A stretch of DNA of 64,000 nucleotides from an uncultured virus (IMG/VR IMGVR_UViG_3300042564_002756). Taxonomy: Duplodnaviria; Heunggongvirae; Uroviricota; Caudoviricetes. The stretch covers positions 1 to 64,000 of IMG/VR virus record IMGVR_UViG_3300042564_002756. One strand, 5' to 3'. A program made the translations under genes and the position numbers. Of this stretch, positions 54,340-62,889 are shown piece by piece. Numbering within the stretch: the stretch's first letter is position 1; every line of letters begins with the position of its first letter. The notes beneath the pieces are model-generated. The model searched no databases. It saw only the letters and a program-made list of their open reading frames with translations, and had not been told where the DNA came from.

Positions 54340-54763
54340 TAGTTTCTAGCGGAAACTCTTGTGGAAATGCAGTAATAACGACATTTTTTGACAAACCTTT
54401 TAGTGGTTTTTGTTCGATCATTTTGCAAAGAAGTTCCGCATCTTCATTATCCACATCTTCCAAAAGTGATATAAAGAGTTGTTCTCTCTTTACACTATTT
54501 AGATTATCATATCCACCACCTTTGACAAATATTCTTAGACGTCTTGCTTCTGCATATAACATACCTTCAACTCCAACATAGGAATTTTTCTTCCATGGTG
54601 GTGCTGTATTAGGAATCAAAAATTCCACATTTTTATCATATGTATATTTCAAAACTGTGCGAAGAGCAGGGTTATCGTGCTTTCTAAGCCAATCCACTTT
54701 TTCTTCCACAGTCTTTAATTCTGTTGCTTTATTTACAATTTCTGCTATTGAAAATCGCATCAA
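54317..54763 (-). CDS. conserved T4-like hypothetical protein (DUF6433-like)
   Basis: KRE.LFI.LLE; typical neighbour of rnh. Confidence 0.7.
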   Translation of the reverse strand: MMRFSIAEIVNKATELKTVEEKVDWLRKHDNPALRTVLKYTYDKNVEFLIPNTAPPWKKNSYVGVEGMLYAEARRLRIFVKGGGYDNLNSVKREQLFISLLEDVDNEDAELLCKMIEQKPLKGLSKNVVITAFPQEFPLETIDKSKES

Positions 54764-55617
54764 AAGTCTCCAATATCTGTTATAAGGTTCTTTAGTTTAC
54801 GTGTTACAAAATAGTTAAATAGCGATGATCTACCTACTTCTTTCTCTTTTGCAAATTCTGTTAGAATTTGTTCTTTATAGTTGGCAGGAACTTCAGCAAG
54901 ATCAATCATTGTCTTGTTGCGGAAATATCTACTTTTGGTAGTTTCATCCATATGTTCAGGGCCCCTCATCAAGTCTTCCAGTCGCTTCGATGTAACGGCT
55001 TTTTGGCGTTCACCAACTACAATCGAATTGTCTGGAGACAAAATATTAGGAACTCCGTCACTGCCATCACCCCGGATAATGTGTTCAGCTAGATATTTAT
55101 TTGGTTCATTATTTTGAACCCACTTTTTCTGCACTGGATTGTATTGTTTGACATTTGCATATTTTTGCAGCTGGATATAGTCTTTATCTCCGGACAATAC
55201 CAAAATACTTTCAGTACCATTATTCATTTCCACGCCATATTTATGACAGATAGTACCGATAGTATCATCAGCTTCGCAGTGATCAAAGTGTAATACTTTG
55301 TATGGAAAAAACTCGTCTAGTTCTTCACGAATAGTATTGATGATACGGAATAATTCATTCCAATCAAGTTCAGACTCTTCACGAGATTTGCGGCGGCCTG
55401 CCTTGTAGTATGGAAAAATCTGACGGCGCCAAGACTTTTGACCATCTGCACAGATCACGAGTTCACCAAAATTTTCAGTAAACTTTTTTCGATTAGCTCG
55501 TAGGGAATTTAGAAACATATGACGAATTAAATTTTCGTCAATATCAACATTTGTATGATTACCAATACTCATAAAGAGTGAGGCAAGCATGACCTGGTTA
55601 TAGTCTACAAGTATCAT
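54760..55617 (-). CDS. rnh: T4 RNase H (5'-3' exonuclease)
   Basis: MILVD.NQ; WRR..FPYYK..R; EADD; SGDKD..QL; GD..DG.PN. Confidence 0.95.
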   Translation of the reverse strand: MILVDYNQVMLASLFMSIGNHTNVDIDENLIRHMFLNSLRANRKKFTENFGELVICADGQKSWRRQIFPYYKAGRRKSREESELDWNELFRIINTIREELDEFFPYKVLHFDHCEADDTIGTICHKYGVEMNNGTESILVLSGDKDYIQLQKYANVKQYNPVQKKWVQNNEPNKYLAEHIIRGDGSDGVPNILSPDNSIVVGERQKAVTSKRLEDLMRGPEHMDETTKSRYFRNKTMIDLAEVPANYKEQILTEFAKEKEVGRSSLFNYFVTRKLKNLITDIGDF

Positions 55618-55651
55618 CCTATTTTATCCTTATTCAATTTTATACATAATA

Positions 55652-55679
55652 ACTATAACATACTTTAAGCAAATGTCAA
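55652..55679 (-). promoter_or_regulatory. sigma70-type promoter TTGACA-N16-TATAGT (extended -10)
   Basis: Hexamers upstream of rnh. Confidence 0.6.
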
Positions 55680-55975
55680 CTATTTTCATCAGTGATAGTG
55701 AATACATTTCTTGCATAGTCCTGTAGAAAATGTTCTTCTTTTCTTAGATTTAATTGTAGTGATGTTATTGCTTCTTTCAATAAAATTATGGATGGCAGTA
55801 TTTCATTAAAATTCTCTTCGAGATTATAACCAAGTCTAACTAATGATTCAAGAGATGAACTTAAGATTGTATCAGTGATTACTTCTACTTCATAGTCCAG
55901 TTTAGGTTCTTGAATAGTTGTTGTGTTTGTTTTACTCAATCGTGATTTAAAATCAATTATTTCAGCCATTTCCAT
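55676..55975 (-). CDS. hypothetical protein
   Basis: ORF in operon. Confidence 0.65.
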   Translation of the reverse strand: MEMAEIIDFKSRLSKTNTTTIQEPKLDYEVEVITDTILSSSLESLVRLGYNLEENFNEILPSIILLKEAITSLQLNLRKEEHFLQDYARNVFTITDENS

Positions 55976-56918
55976 TTAACTGCTTTAGAAGACTAATCCA
56001 TTTAGATTGAAAATGTGGTATCGAGTTTTTATTAAGTTCTCTGATTGTATCTGCAGAAAGTGCACTAATAAATCCAGGGTTTTTATGTTCTTGCTTTAGA
56101 AGTGACTTTGTCATTATATATGCAACATTTGCATGCATATTATGATTTTCAGTATAGTCATACATGACAGTTGCACCTCCTGCAGTTTCTGGGAGCGCAC
56201 CTAAACTTGGGTGTATTACTGTGCAGCCACACTTAATTGCTTCAATCATAGCAATACAAGATGTTTCAGTCCAAATGCAGGGATACAAAAATACATGTGA
56301 TTGCTTGAGTGCTGCAAGTACTTCTTCGTTTGATTTTGTTCCGTGATATGTAATCTTTGGATGTGTTTTCAAAGCATCAAAAAGTTTTTCATAATGTTTG
56401 TCACGTTCTTTCCAACCATAGATTTCAAAAGATGAGTAGACATCCAAGTGAATATTATCAAATTCTTTTGAAAGTGCATCAAAAATTGGATACAAAAGTT
56501 CCAGCCCGCGATGGGGTGTTGTGTGATATATAAACCGAATAGGACCAATCGGCCTTTCAATATATTCAAACTCAGTTTCAATGGCATTTTCAATTACAGA
56601 ACACATCGAATACGGAATACCATACATAGTAATATATTGATCTCTTTGCCAGTGTGAAACAAACACTAATTTTGAAAATTTATTCCACCCACCATTTAGA
56701 AGGATTTTATTCTCTGGATCGGCTGCCAAATCATGGCAATAAAAGATATTTTTAACATCATCATAAATTTGTCTAGGTCTAGAAAAATGGATGGCAAAAT
56801 TATCTAGTAGAGATGAGGGAACCGCCGCTAAAAGCCGATCCCTCATCATTTCAGTGCCACCTCTAGCGTTTCTAGATAGATCAGTATCTACTATTGCGCC
56901 TCGGTAAATACAACTCAT
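55962..56918 (-). CDS. GT-B (GT4-like) glycosyltransferase
   Basis: GGTE; YHTTPHRGL; YP..W.ETSCI..IEA; GALPET. Confidence 0.85.
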   Translation of the reverse strand: MSCIYRGAIVDTDLSRNARGGTEMMRDRLLAAVPSSLLDNFAIHFSRPRQIYDDVKNIFYCHDLAADPENKILLNGGWNKFSKLVFVSHWQRDQYITMYGIPYSMCSVIENAIETEFEYIERPIGPIRFIYHTTPHRGLELLYPIFDALSKEFDNIHLDVYSSFEIYGWKERDKHYEKLFDALKTHPKITYHGTKSNEEVLAALKQSHVFLYPCIWTETSCIAMIEAIKCGCTVIHPSLGALPETAGGATVMYDYTENHNMHANVAYIMTKSLLKQEHKNPGFISALSADTIRELNKNSIPHFQSKWISLLKQLNGNG

Positions 56919-57187
56919 GCAATAAACTCACTTGTAAAATCTTTGACTGAGTCCCATCTAAAACTGCGCCAGCCAGGTGCATTTACATCATATACTGGCT
57001 GGACGGCGGGATTTTCTGTCTTCGATTTAGTTGTTTCGGACAATACACCATCAGAAGGAATCATTAATTCATTGAGAGTGCAATACATCACTCGCTCTTC
57101 ACCATTAACCTTTGTAAATGTTACTTTACAGATTTTCTCATAAAGGGCATTTTTAATTGTGTCTCTATCTAGCAATTCCATTATCAA
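56915..57187 (-). CDS. SH3-like WYL_2 (DUF2693) protein
   Basis: VTFTKVNGEER.M.CTL; V.DV...WRSFR. Confidence 0.8.
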   Translation of the reverse strand: MIMELLDRDTIKNALYEKICKVTFTKVNGEERVMYCTLNELMIPSDGVLSETTKSKTENPAVQPVYDVNAPGWRSFRWDSVKDFTSEFIA

Positions 57188-57462
57188 CCCCCAGTCATAC
57201 TGAATGATTTCTTTTCGAGTTCCTTGCGTGATCCGTGCATAAGATCATTGTAGCGAACTCGAATAAATTTCTTATCAGTCTGTTCTTTATTTGGATTTGC
57301 CATAGTAACCCAAGGATTACTACCATTAATCCAAGCACTCTGGCGGTTCAACATATCTTGTCCGGTATCACGATCTGCGCGGATTGCATTACATGTAGCA
57401 TTTGCTACATTCTTGCGTTCGCCTTTTGAGATATATGTCTTACCGCTTGCCTTTTTAGCCAT
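57184..57462 (-). CDS. hypothetical protein
   Basis: AAGGAG RBS; YISKGER; T..NPN. Confidence 0.7.
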   Translation of the reverse strand: MAKKASGKTYISKGERKNVANATCNAIRADRDTGQDMLNRQSAWINGSNPWVTMANPNKEQTDKKFIRVRYNDLMHGSRKELEKKSFSMTGG

Positions 57463-57477
57463 AGTATATTCACTCCT

Positions 57478-57714
57478 TCATTTTTTTGGTAATTTTATTA
57501 GACCTAAGTCCATGAGAATTTTATAATTAATTTCTGTAAGATCACCGAATGGGTTTAATCTTAGGGCCGTAATTAATCTATCTATATAAATTAATTCTTT
57601 TTCATTTTTACTTGCAATACTAAAAGATTCAAAGAAAGTTTCTATGTCATATGGATTTTCACATAATATCCTGGTCGATACCACCTTTTTCTTTTTTATT
57701 GATTTTTCTTCCAT
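57478..57714 (-). CDS. hypothetical protein
   Basis: ORF in operon. Confidence 0.55.
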   Translation of the reverse strand: MEEKSIKKKKVVSTRILCENPYDIETFFESFSIASKNEKELIYIDRLITALRLNPFGDLTEINYKILMDLGLIKLPKK

Positions 57715-58339
57715 TGGATTCCTTTTCGTGGATCATTTGAATCGCACTAAAGAACTCTGTCTTAGTGCCGTTATTATGAACACGATAGGTGCGAATATCT
57801 GGTTGTTCAGAAAGAAGATGTGATTTTATAATAGGGGTTTGTTTGCCCAAAACAAGTTCTTCCACAAGGTTTCCATTAAAGTATCTTCTTGAATCCGAAG
57901 AAAAATTGCAACCTTCTCGTGTAAGCTGAATGACTAATATAATTTCAGCTCCAAACTTATTTATAATTGGAGAAAGTTCCTCTTGGAAGCCGCCGTCACT
58001 GACACAGAAATTGCGGTCAGTTGTTATCTGTTCTGATAACTTTTTGCCAAAATATTCTTTACCGTATTTAGGTTTGATATATTGTTCGGAAACATAGATC
58101 ATTGCATCTCTACGACTTAATGACTGTCCGTTTATTTTTAATTGGGGAACAGGTTGCTCTTTTATTGTTCTATCATTATAACCTTTCATAAACCAACCTT
58201 TAGAAACACCAAAGAATTTGAATGTTTCTTTGAATAGTTCTTCTTTGAATGAAAGGTGTTTGTATCCTAGTGTCTCATAAAATAAACAGGCTGCGTCTTT
58301 GCCGCAGCCTGGAGGACCATTAAAAACTATTACTGACAA
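57659..58339 (-). CDS. deoxynucleoside monophosphate kinase (gp1-like)
   Basis: NGPPGCGKD; SDGGF..E; DSR.Y; TTG start. Confidence 0.8.
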   Translation of the reverse strand: MSVIVFNGPPGCGKDAACLFYETLGYKHLSFKEELFKETFKFFGVSKGWFMKGYNDRTIKEQPVPQLKINGQSLSRRDAMIYVSEQYIKPKYGKEYFGKKLSEQITTDRNFCVSDGGFQEELSPIINKFGAEIILVIQLTREGCNFSSDSRRYFNGNLVEELVLGKQTPIIKSHLLSEQPDIRTYRVHNNGTKTEFFSAIQMIHEKESNGRKINKKEKGGIDQDIM

Positions 58340-58552
58340 TTAAACCTCTGCACCTAGATCTGAAAAGGCGTCATCCCATTCTTCTGCTGTAATACCAGAA
58401 AGAATAAATTCACGGTCGCTGTCAGTAAGATAGGGCATAATGTCGTGGATATTCCCATGACCTGCCTGCCATGCCATGTAATCATCAAGATTAACGGGAA
58501 TGCTACGAGTACGTTCGATGCCAGAGATTACGCTTTTACGTTTGATATACAT
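58340..58552 (-). CDS. conserved small phage protein
   Basis: I...P.LT...REF..SGIT.EEW. Confidence 0.7.
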   Translation of the reverse strand: MYIKRKSVISGIERTRSIPVNLDDYMAWQAGHGNIHDIMPYLTDSDREFILSGITAEEWDDAFSDLGAEV

Positions 58553-58588
58553 GTCGATCCATCCTCATTTATATTTGTCGTATAATTC

Positions 58589-58617
58589 AATATATACTCA
58601 TTCATTTGGTTTGTCAA
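58589..58617 (-). promoter_or_regulatory. sigma70-type promoter TTGACA-N17-TATATT
   Basis: Hexamers and spacing. Confidence 0.6.
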
Positions 58618-59164
58618 CCATTTTGTTGAACCCAAGTTTTGCTATATAGTAAGCATCAACTATGTCAGAGACTGGGTTCCATATTTTCTCGTTCATTATG
58701 TCGAGTGTCTTTCGAATGTCGACATTTGTTTCTTCTAGAAAACATTCATACAAACGTTCTTTATTTGAATTTCCCTTTCCCGTGGCGTGTTTCTTTATTT
58801 CAGATGGCGCAAAAACAGAAAATGGTATTCCATCTTTCCATAATTTATATTTAAGAAGACCAGTGTTTTCGGCAATCTGAAAGACTCTACCTACTGCATT
58901 ATATGCATAACCTTCAATGAAGCATTTTTCTGCTTTATTTTCCATAATAATACGAGAAGACCAACCTGATATATTATCATATCTGTGAGCATCCGAATCA
59001 TATTTTTCGTATTCAGTCCCAAAGAACTGCCCAGAAAAAACAATCCATTTTGGTTTTGGGGAAAGATAATAAAACTTACAATTCTTGACATCCCACGTGT
59101 CACCATCGTGAACACAAATAGATGGACTTGTTAAACTATAATCAATACCAGCAATAATAGTCAT
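58598..59164 (-). CDS. RuvC-like Holliday junction resolvase
   Basis: GIDYSLTSP; IEGYA; P...KK.ATGKGN..K; D..DAY. Confidence 0.8.
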   Translation of the reverse strand: MTIIAGIDYSLTSPSICVHDGDTWDVKNCKFYYLSPKPKWIVFSGQFFGTEYEKYDSDAHRYDNISGWSSRIIMENKAEKCFIEGYAYNAVGRVFQIAENTGLLKYKLWKDGIPFSVFAPSEIKKHATGKGNSNKERLYECFLEETNVDIRKTLDIMNEKIWNPVSDIVDAYYIAKLGFNKMVDKPNE

Positions 59165-59198
59165 AAATACCTCTACATTTTCTATAGAGGTATTTATT
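59163..59198 (-). promoter_or_regulatory. RBS-sequestering hairpin with an embedded late-promoter-like AATAAATA
   Basis: 13-bp inverted repeat ATAAATACCTCTA/TAGAGGTATTTAT covering the SD and start codon. Confidence 0.75.
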
Positions 59199-59205
59199 TC
59201 ATTAC

Positions 59206-59397
59206 TTACATGTTGTCAGAATACCGCTTCATTTGTTCTCGTGCTTCTTCCAAGTAATTAGAAGCACCACCGACTCCACCAGTTTCATCAAACCAGACAA
59301 AGACACCTTCATCATATTGATAGATATGACTTTCAATTACAATGGGATATTTTGGTTTGGCAAGATATTCGGTATTATCATAATATTCCATAGTCAA
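59206..59397 (-). CDS. small hypothetical protein
   Basis: ORF in operon. Confidence 0.55.
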   Translation of the reverse strand: MTMEYYDNTEYLAKPKYPIVIESHIYQYDEGVFVWFDETGGVGGASNYLEEAREQMKRYSDNM

Positions 59398-59696
59398 TTC
59401 CTTCTCATTTGAGCAACATCAATAGCGGCTTCTCTGTTATCACGCCGAATAGGAACAAGATTTGATTTGTGCATTACTGTAATTCCCATAATCTCGTTTC
59501 CGGAATATACATTTTCAAGTTTTTTTGGTGTTTGGCCTGGAATAGTATCTGAAGTTTTTGGAAGTGTTGATTTTACTCTGTAGTCTGGTATTTCATTAAC
59601 GATAATACCCTTATATCTACCAGTAAACCCAACACGAACCAAAAGTAATTCCATTTGTCTTTCAGCTTCAATTAGTGATTTTCTTTTCTTTTTCAT
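59394..59696 (-). CDS. conserved T4-like hypothetical protein
   Basis: Y.G....GI..MHKSNLVPI...A.D.A.MRR. Confidence 0.7.
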   Translation of the reverse strand: MKKKRKSLIEAERQMELLLVRVGFTGRYKGIIVNEIPDYRVKSTLPKTSDTIPGQTPKKLENVYSGNEIMGITVMHKSNLVPIRRDNREAAIDVAQMRRN

Positions 59697-59998
59697 GTCA
59701 ATGGTTTCAATTTGAAGTCGGGAATTTGATAAGTGTAAATCTGCATTAACATACTGACCTTGTATAGATCTTGATTCAATCTACCTTCTAGATAATCCAC
59801 AAGATCTATAGTTGAGTTTGTATCTACAAGATGCATATCAAAATCAACTTCAAGAGCTTCAGATATTGTACAATCCAAATCAATCATAATTTCTACAATA
59901 CTTTGTTCATATGAACAAATAGTGACGTGAGTTTTATAATAAACCGATTCTAGTAAATTGTCAATAATTGATTTAGAATGGTTGGTCACCATACCCAC
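59693..59998 (-). CDS. hypothetical protein
   Basis: ORF in operon. Confidence 0.55.
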   Translation of the reverse strand: MGMVTNHSKSIIDNLLESVYYKTHVTICSYEQSIVEIMIDLDCTISEALEVDFDMHLVDTNSTIDLVDYLEGRLNQDLYKVSMLMQIYTYQIPDFKLKPLT

Positions 59999-60224
59999 CG
60001 ATCGTATTTTCTACTTCTTTTACTAAATCTTCATAACCACCAATGTATCTATCATCCCACCATATCTGCGGTACTGTTTTTACACTAGGTAATTTTACTT
60101 TCATATCGTTCAGATTCTTGTCATCATCTGTGTCTTTCCATTCATATCTGAGACTATATCGTTCCGCAAGTCGTTTTGCTCGGATACACCAACCACATCT
60201 TGAATGGCCATAAATTGTAATCAT
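59973..60224 (-). CDS. glutaredoxin
   Basis: CGWC; TVPQI; IGGY. Confidence 0.9.
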   Translation of the reverse strand: MITIYGHSRCGWCIRAKRLAERYSLRYEWKDTDDDKNLNDMKVKLPSVKTVPQIWWDDRYIGGYEDLVKEVENTIGGYGDQPF

Positions 60225-60457
60225 TTCTTTAAATCCTTTCTTGTAAACCAATAACTCCAAGAGTGTAGACAGTGATGTGGATCAAACCAAAATATGGAAT
60301 CAATTAACAATACTAAATTAAACTTACCTTCTCTTTTTCGTTGGTAGTTTCGTGCGCTGAAACTTTGATTGCTATAACCACCAAGAATTACGTTTAATAA
60401 TATCGAAAATGCTATAAATATTCGCTGAAAATATTTCTTTATTTTTATTGGTTCCAT
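60221..60457 (-). CDS. small hypothetical membrane protein
   Basis: AGGAG RBS; hydrophobic segment. Confidence 0.6.
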   Translation of the reverse strand: MEPIKIKKYFQRIFIAFSILLNVILGGYSNQSFSARNYQRKREGKFNLVLLIDSIFWFDPHHCLHSWSYWFTRKDLKK

Positions 60458-60517
60458 GGAATAACTCCTTCATAATGCCATGGTGTATTTATTCCATATC
60501 AGATATCTTTTATGTGT

Positions 60518-60979
60518 TCACTCCTTAAACTCAACTGGCACACAAAAGCCATTCTTCCATGACGAATATTTTGCCTTAGCAAGACTAGTTTCAGTTTCTC
60601 CGCTGTACAGAATTTTATTGAGCTTGATTTTTTTACGCTTGTCGAGCCAAGTTCCGAGCATAATAATCCCTATAAAGGAAGCAACAAAAACCGTTAATAC
60701 ACCAGTTGTTACTAAAGCGTCGGCTGTGTGGTAGATAAACCCATATCCAATTGAATATACAAGCCAAATGAAGGCCGCGGCGACAGCAAGTACAAATGTA
60801 GCAACAACAAGAACTTTAAAGATACTATAGAGAGTCAGTTGCCAATATGAACAAAGATTATCTTTACTCTGGACATATCGCTGGGCATAACCTTCACTTT
60901 TTAAAGTACCATTTGTCTGGCACATCTCAAGATTAAGTTTATAATGCCAGGAATTTTTATTTACGGAAAATAGTTTCAT
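60518..60979 (-). CDS. hypothetical membrane protein
   Basis: Two TM segments. Confidence 0.65.
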   Translation of the reverse strand: MKLFSVNKNSWHYKLNLEMCQTNGTLKSEGYAQRYVQSKDNLCSYWQLTLYSIFKVLVVATFVLAVAAAFIWLVYSIGYGFIYHTADALVTTGVLTVFVASFIGIIMLGTWLDKRKKIKLNKILYSGETETSLAKAKYSSWKNGFCVPVEFKE

Positions 60980-61455
60980 TTGATACCTTCTTCATCTAGT
61001 GCTTCACGGAGCAGTTTAAGCAATTCATCATATGTCTCTACCATAGGCATAGCATACCGATCACATACCATCTTTACATTACCATACCGATAAAACTCTT
61101 TTGGGCAACAAACAATGACATTATCGCCGTTAAATAGTCCAAGTTCAAGAAGAGTGATTGGTGCTTTTGAATCAGCAGTAAAGTAGTATAAATTTGCATC
61201 TGCTTGCTCTTGACATTCCAGTTCCCATTCTACTTGTTCATAGAATTTTGTTCCTGGTGTTGGATCTTGAATCCAAGATGAATCCCAATCATCGCGGCGG
61301 GGATTTAGAAGGACCAGATCGGTATAATCTGAAAGATCATTTGTTAGGCGTACTTGCCAATTCTCTGCTGCACCCATGTCGATTGATCCGCCGAGGAAAA
61401 TACTCATTGACTCGTCTTGAATGTAGGGTTCTGGTGCTTTAATTACCCGTGCCAT
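60976..61455 (-). CDS. nucleoside 2-deoxyribosyltransferase-like protein
   Basis: IFLGGSI...WQ; NPRR..W; QVEWE; PITLLELG. Confidence 0.85.
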   Translation of the reverse strand: MARVIKAPEPYIQDESMSIFLGGSIDMGAAENWQVRLTNDLSDYTDLVLLNPRRDDWDSSWIQDPTPGTKFYEQVEWELECQEQADANLYYFTADSKAPITLLELGLFNGDNVIVCCPKEFYRYGNVKMVCDRYAMPMVETYDELLKLLREALDEEGIK

Positions 61456-61456
61456 A

Positions 61457-61897
61457 TTATACTCCGTAAATATCTGTTGCAATTTGACCTGCGCGTTTCA
61501 TGTCAGCAAGTGCGCCAAACTGATCACGGAGTGCTTTCATAATTTCACCTTTCTTAGGTACAGAACTCATTTTACTGTGACCAGTCATGAATACTCTAAG
61601 AAATGTAGTGATTTCTTCATCTGATGCCATTTGTGGTAGAACACCAACCAGAATTTGTTTTTCAAAGTTAAGAGAAATACGACGACCATCATCAATATTC
61701 AACTTAAGATTTTCATCAATCGTAGCAACAAGTTTTTGGATTACTTTAATTGCTTCATCTTCAGTCGTGGCACGATTACCGTTATTTTTACCTACTTTTT
61801 CAATTTCACTAAGAGCAAATAGAATAGCAGGTGCAACGGGGCTTCGTACTTTTCGAAGAGCCATAGACTCGGTTTTTAGTTTTTCTACGATATTCAT
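61457..61897 (-). CDS. YqeY/GatB-like domain protein
   Basis: E..IL...LPQM.S.EEI; G.IMK.L...F...ADMK. Confidence 0.7.
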   Translation of the reverse strand: MNIVEKLKTESMALRKVRSPVAPAILFALSEIEKVGKNNGNRATTEDEAIKVIQKLVATIDENLKLNIDDGRRISLNFEKQILVGVLPQMASDEEITTFLRVFMTGHSKMSSVPKKGEIMKALRDQFGALADMKRAGQIATDIYGV

Positions 61898-62181
61898 TTT
61901 ACTTTCCATTGTTTTTTTACTGATTGAATCGCAGATATCATTGCAACAGAGTTGCCTTGAACATCAACGATTCTTTTCCAATATTTGAGTTTACGTTTTG
62001 CAATTAAAATTTCTGCTTCTGCTTGACGTTTTTCAGCAAAAGTTGATCGAGAGTTTACTGCGATAAAGTCAAGATACATCAAATTCGAAAAGTGTTTTTC
62101 ATATTGTTTAACTCCATCGTAATGATAAGGATCAAACGGACCTTCGAACTTAGAAGAAGCAGTATCGTAGATGATTCCCAT
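61894..62181 (-). CDS. hypothetical protein
   Basis: AGGAG RBS. Confidence 0.65.
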   Translation of the reverse strand: MGIIYDTASSKFEGPFDPYHYDGVKQYEKHFSNLMYLDFIAVNSRSTFAEKRQAEAEILIAKRKLKYWKRIVDVQGNSVAMISAIQSVKKQWKVK

Positions 62182-62207
62182 GACATATTCTCCTGATTTA
62201 TTAATCT

Positions 62208-62236
62208 ATAATAATACAAGTGTTAAGAAATGTCAA
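62208..62236 (-). promoter_or_regulatory. sigma70-type promoter TTGACA-N17-TATTAT
   Basis: Hexamers and spacing in the intergenic gap. Confidence 0.55.
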
Positions 62237-62272
62237 CTGTATTTTACGACACATAAACAACTTAAACTATCA

Positions 62273-62722
62273 CTATCGAAGTGTTCTTCGATTTTCAACA
62301 ACTGTGACCAAATCAAATCCAATAATCTTGACGGTAACCGATCCTTTATGAATTCCATCTACAGTAATTTCCATGAACCCCTCACCATTACCATATGCTG
62401 TACCCCAAATGTCAAGCATTTCATGCACCATTTCTTCGGAGGCATAACCATCAATACACATACGAAGATTGTTTATAGAAGATGAATCCAGTGCATATGG
62501 CGATGATCCATATTCAGTGTCAAAATTCATAAACTCAATTGGCAATTCGGGATACTCTTCATCCACATCACTGAGAAGTGGTCTAACTTTAGCATCAAAA
62601 ACTTTTCGAGCCTGTTCTGCACCGTATCGTTCTGCACCCCAACCAGTCAACGCAACACAAACAATCTCGTCAACATTGCCAGCATACTGGTCCAGTTTTA
62701 CTACTAGGAATTTATCTTTCAT
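62273..62722 (-). CDS. hypothetical protein
   Basis: ORF in operon. Confidence 0.65.
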   Translation of the reverse strand: MKDKFLVVKLDQYAGNVDEIVCVALTGWGAERYGAEQARKVFDAKVRPLLSDVDEEYPELPIEFMNFDTEYGSSPYALDSSSINNLRMCIDGYASEEMVHEMLDIWGTAYGNGEGFMEITVDGIHKGSVTVKIIGFDLVTVVENRRTLR

Positions 62723-62889
62723 TTCAAATCATCCAATTCAGGGTCATACTTCAAAGTTACTTGGTATTCTTTTTGTAGGTGGTCGCGTATCCATTCTGCA
62801 ACACCTGGCACCGCTTCACAGAGCGCCAGGTCTTCTAGTGTTGAATAGACTTCTTGAAGGTCTACTTGAAGGTCTACTTGAATTCCCAT
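62719..62889 (-). CDS. small hypothetical protein (56 aa)
   Basis: Own translation MGIQVDLQVDLQE...; coupled at both ends. Confidence 0.55.
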   Translation of the reverse strand: MGIQVDLQVDLQEVYSTLEDLALCEAVPGVAEWIRDHLQKEYQVTLKYDPELDDLK

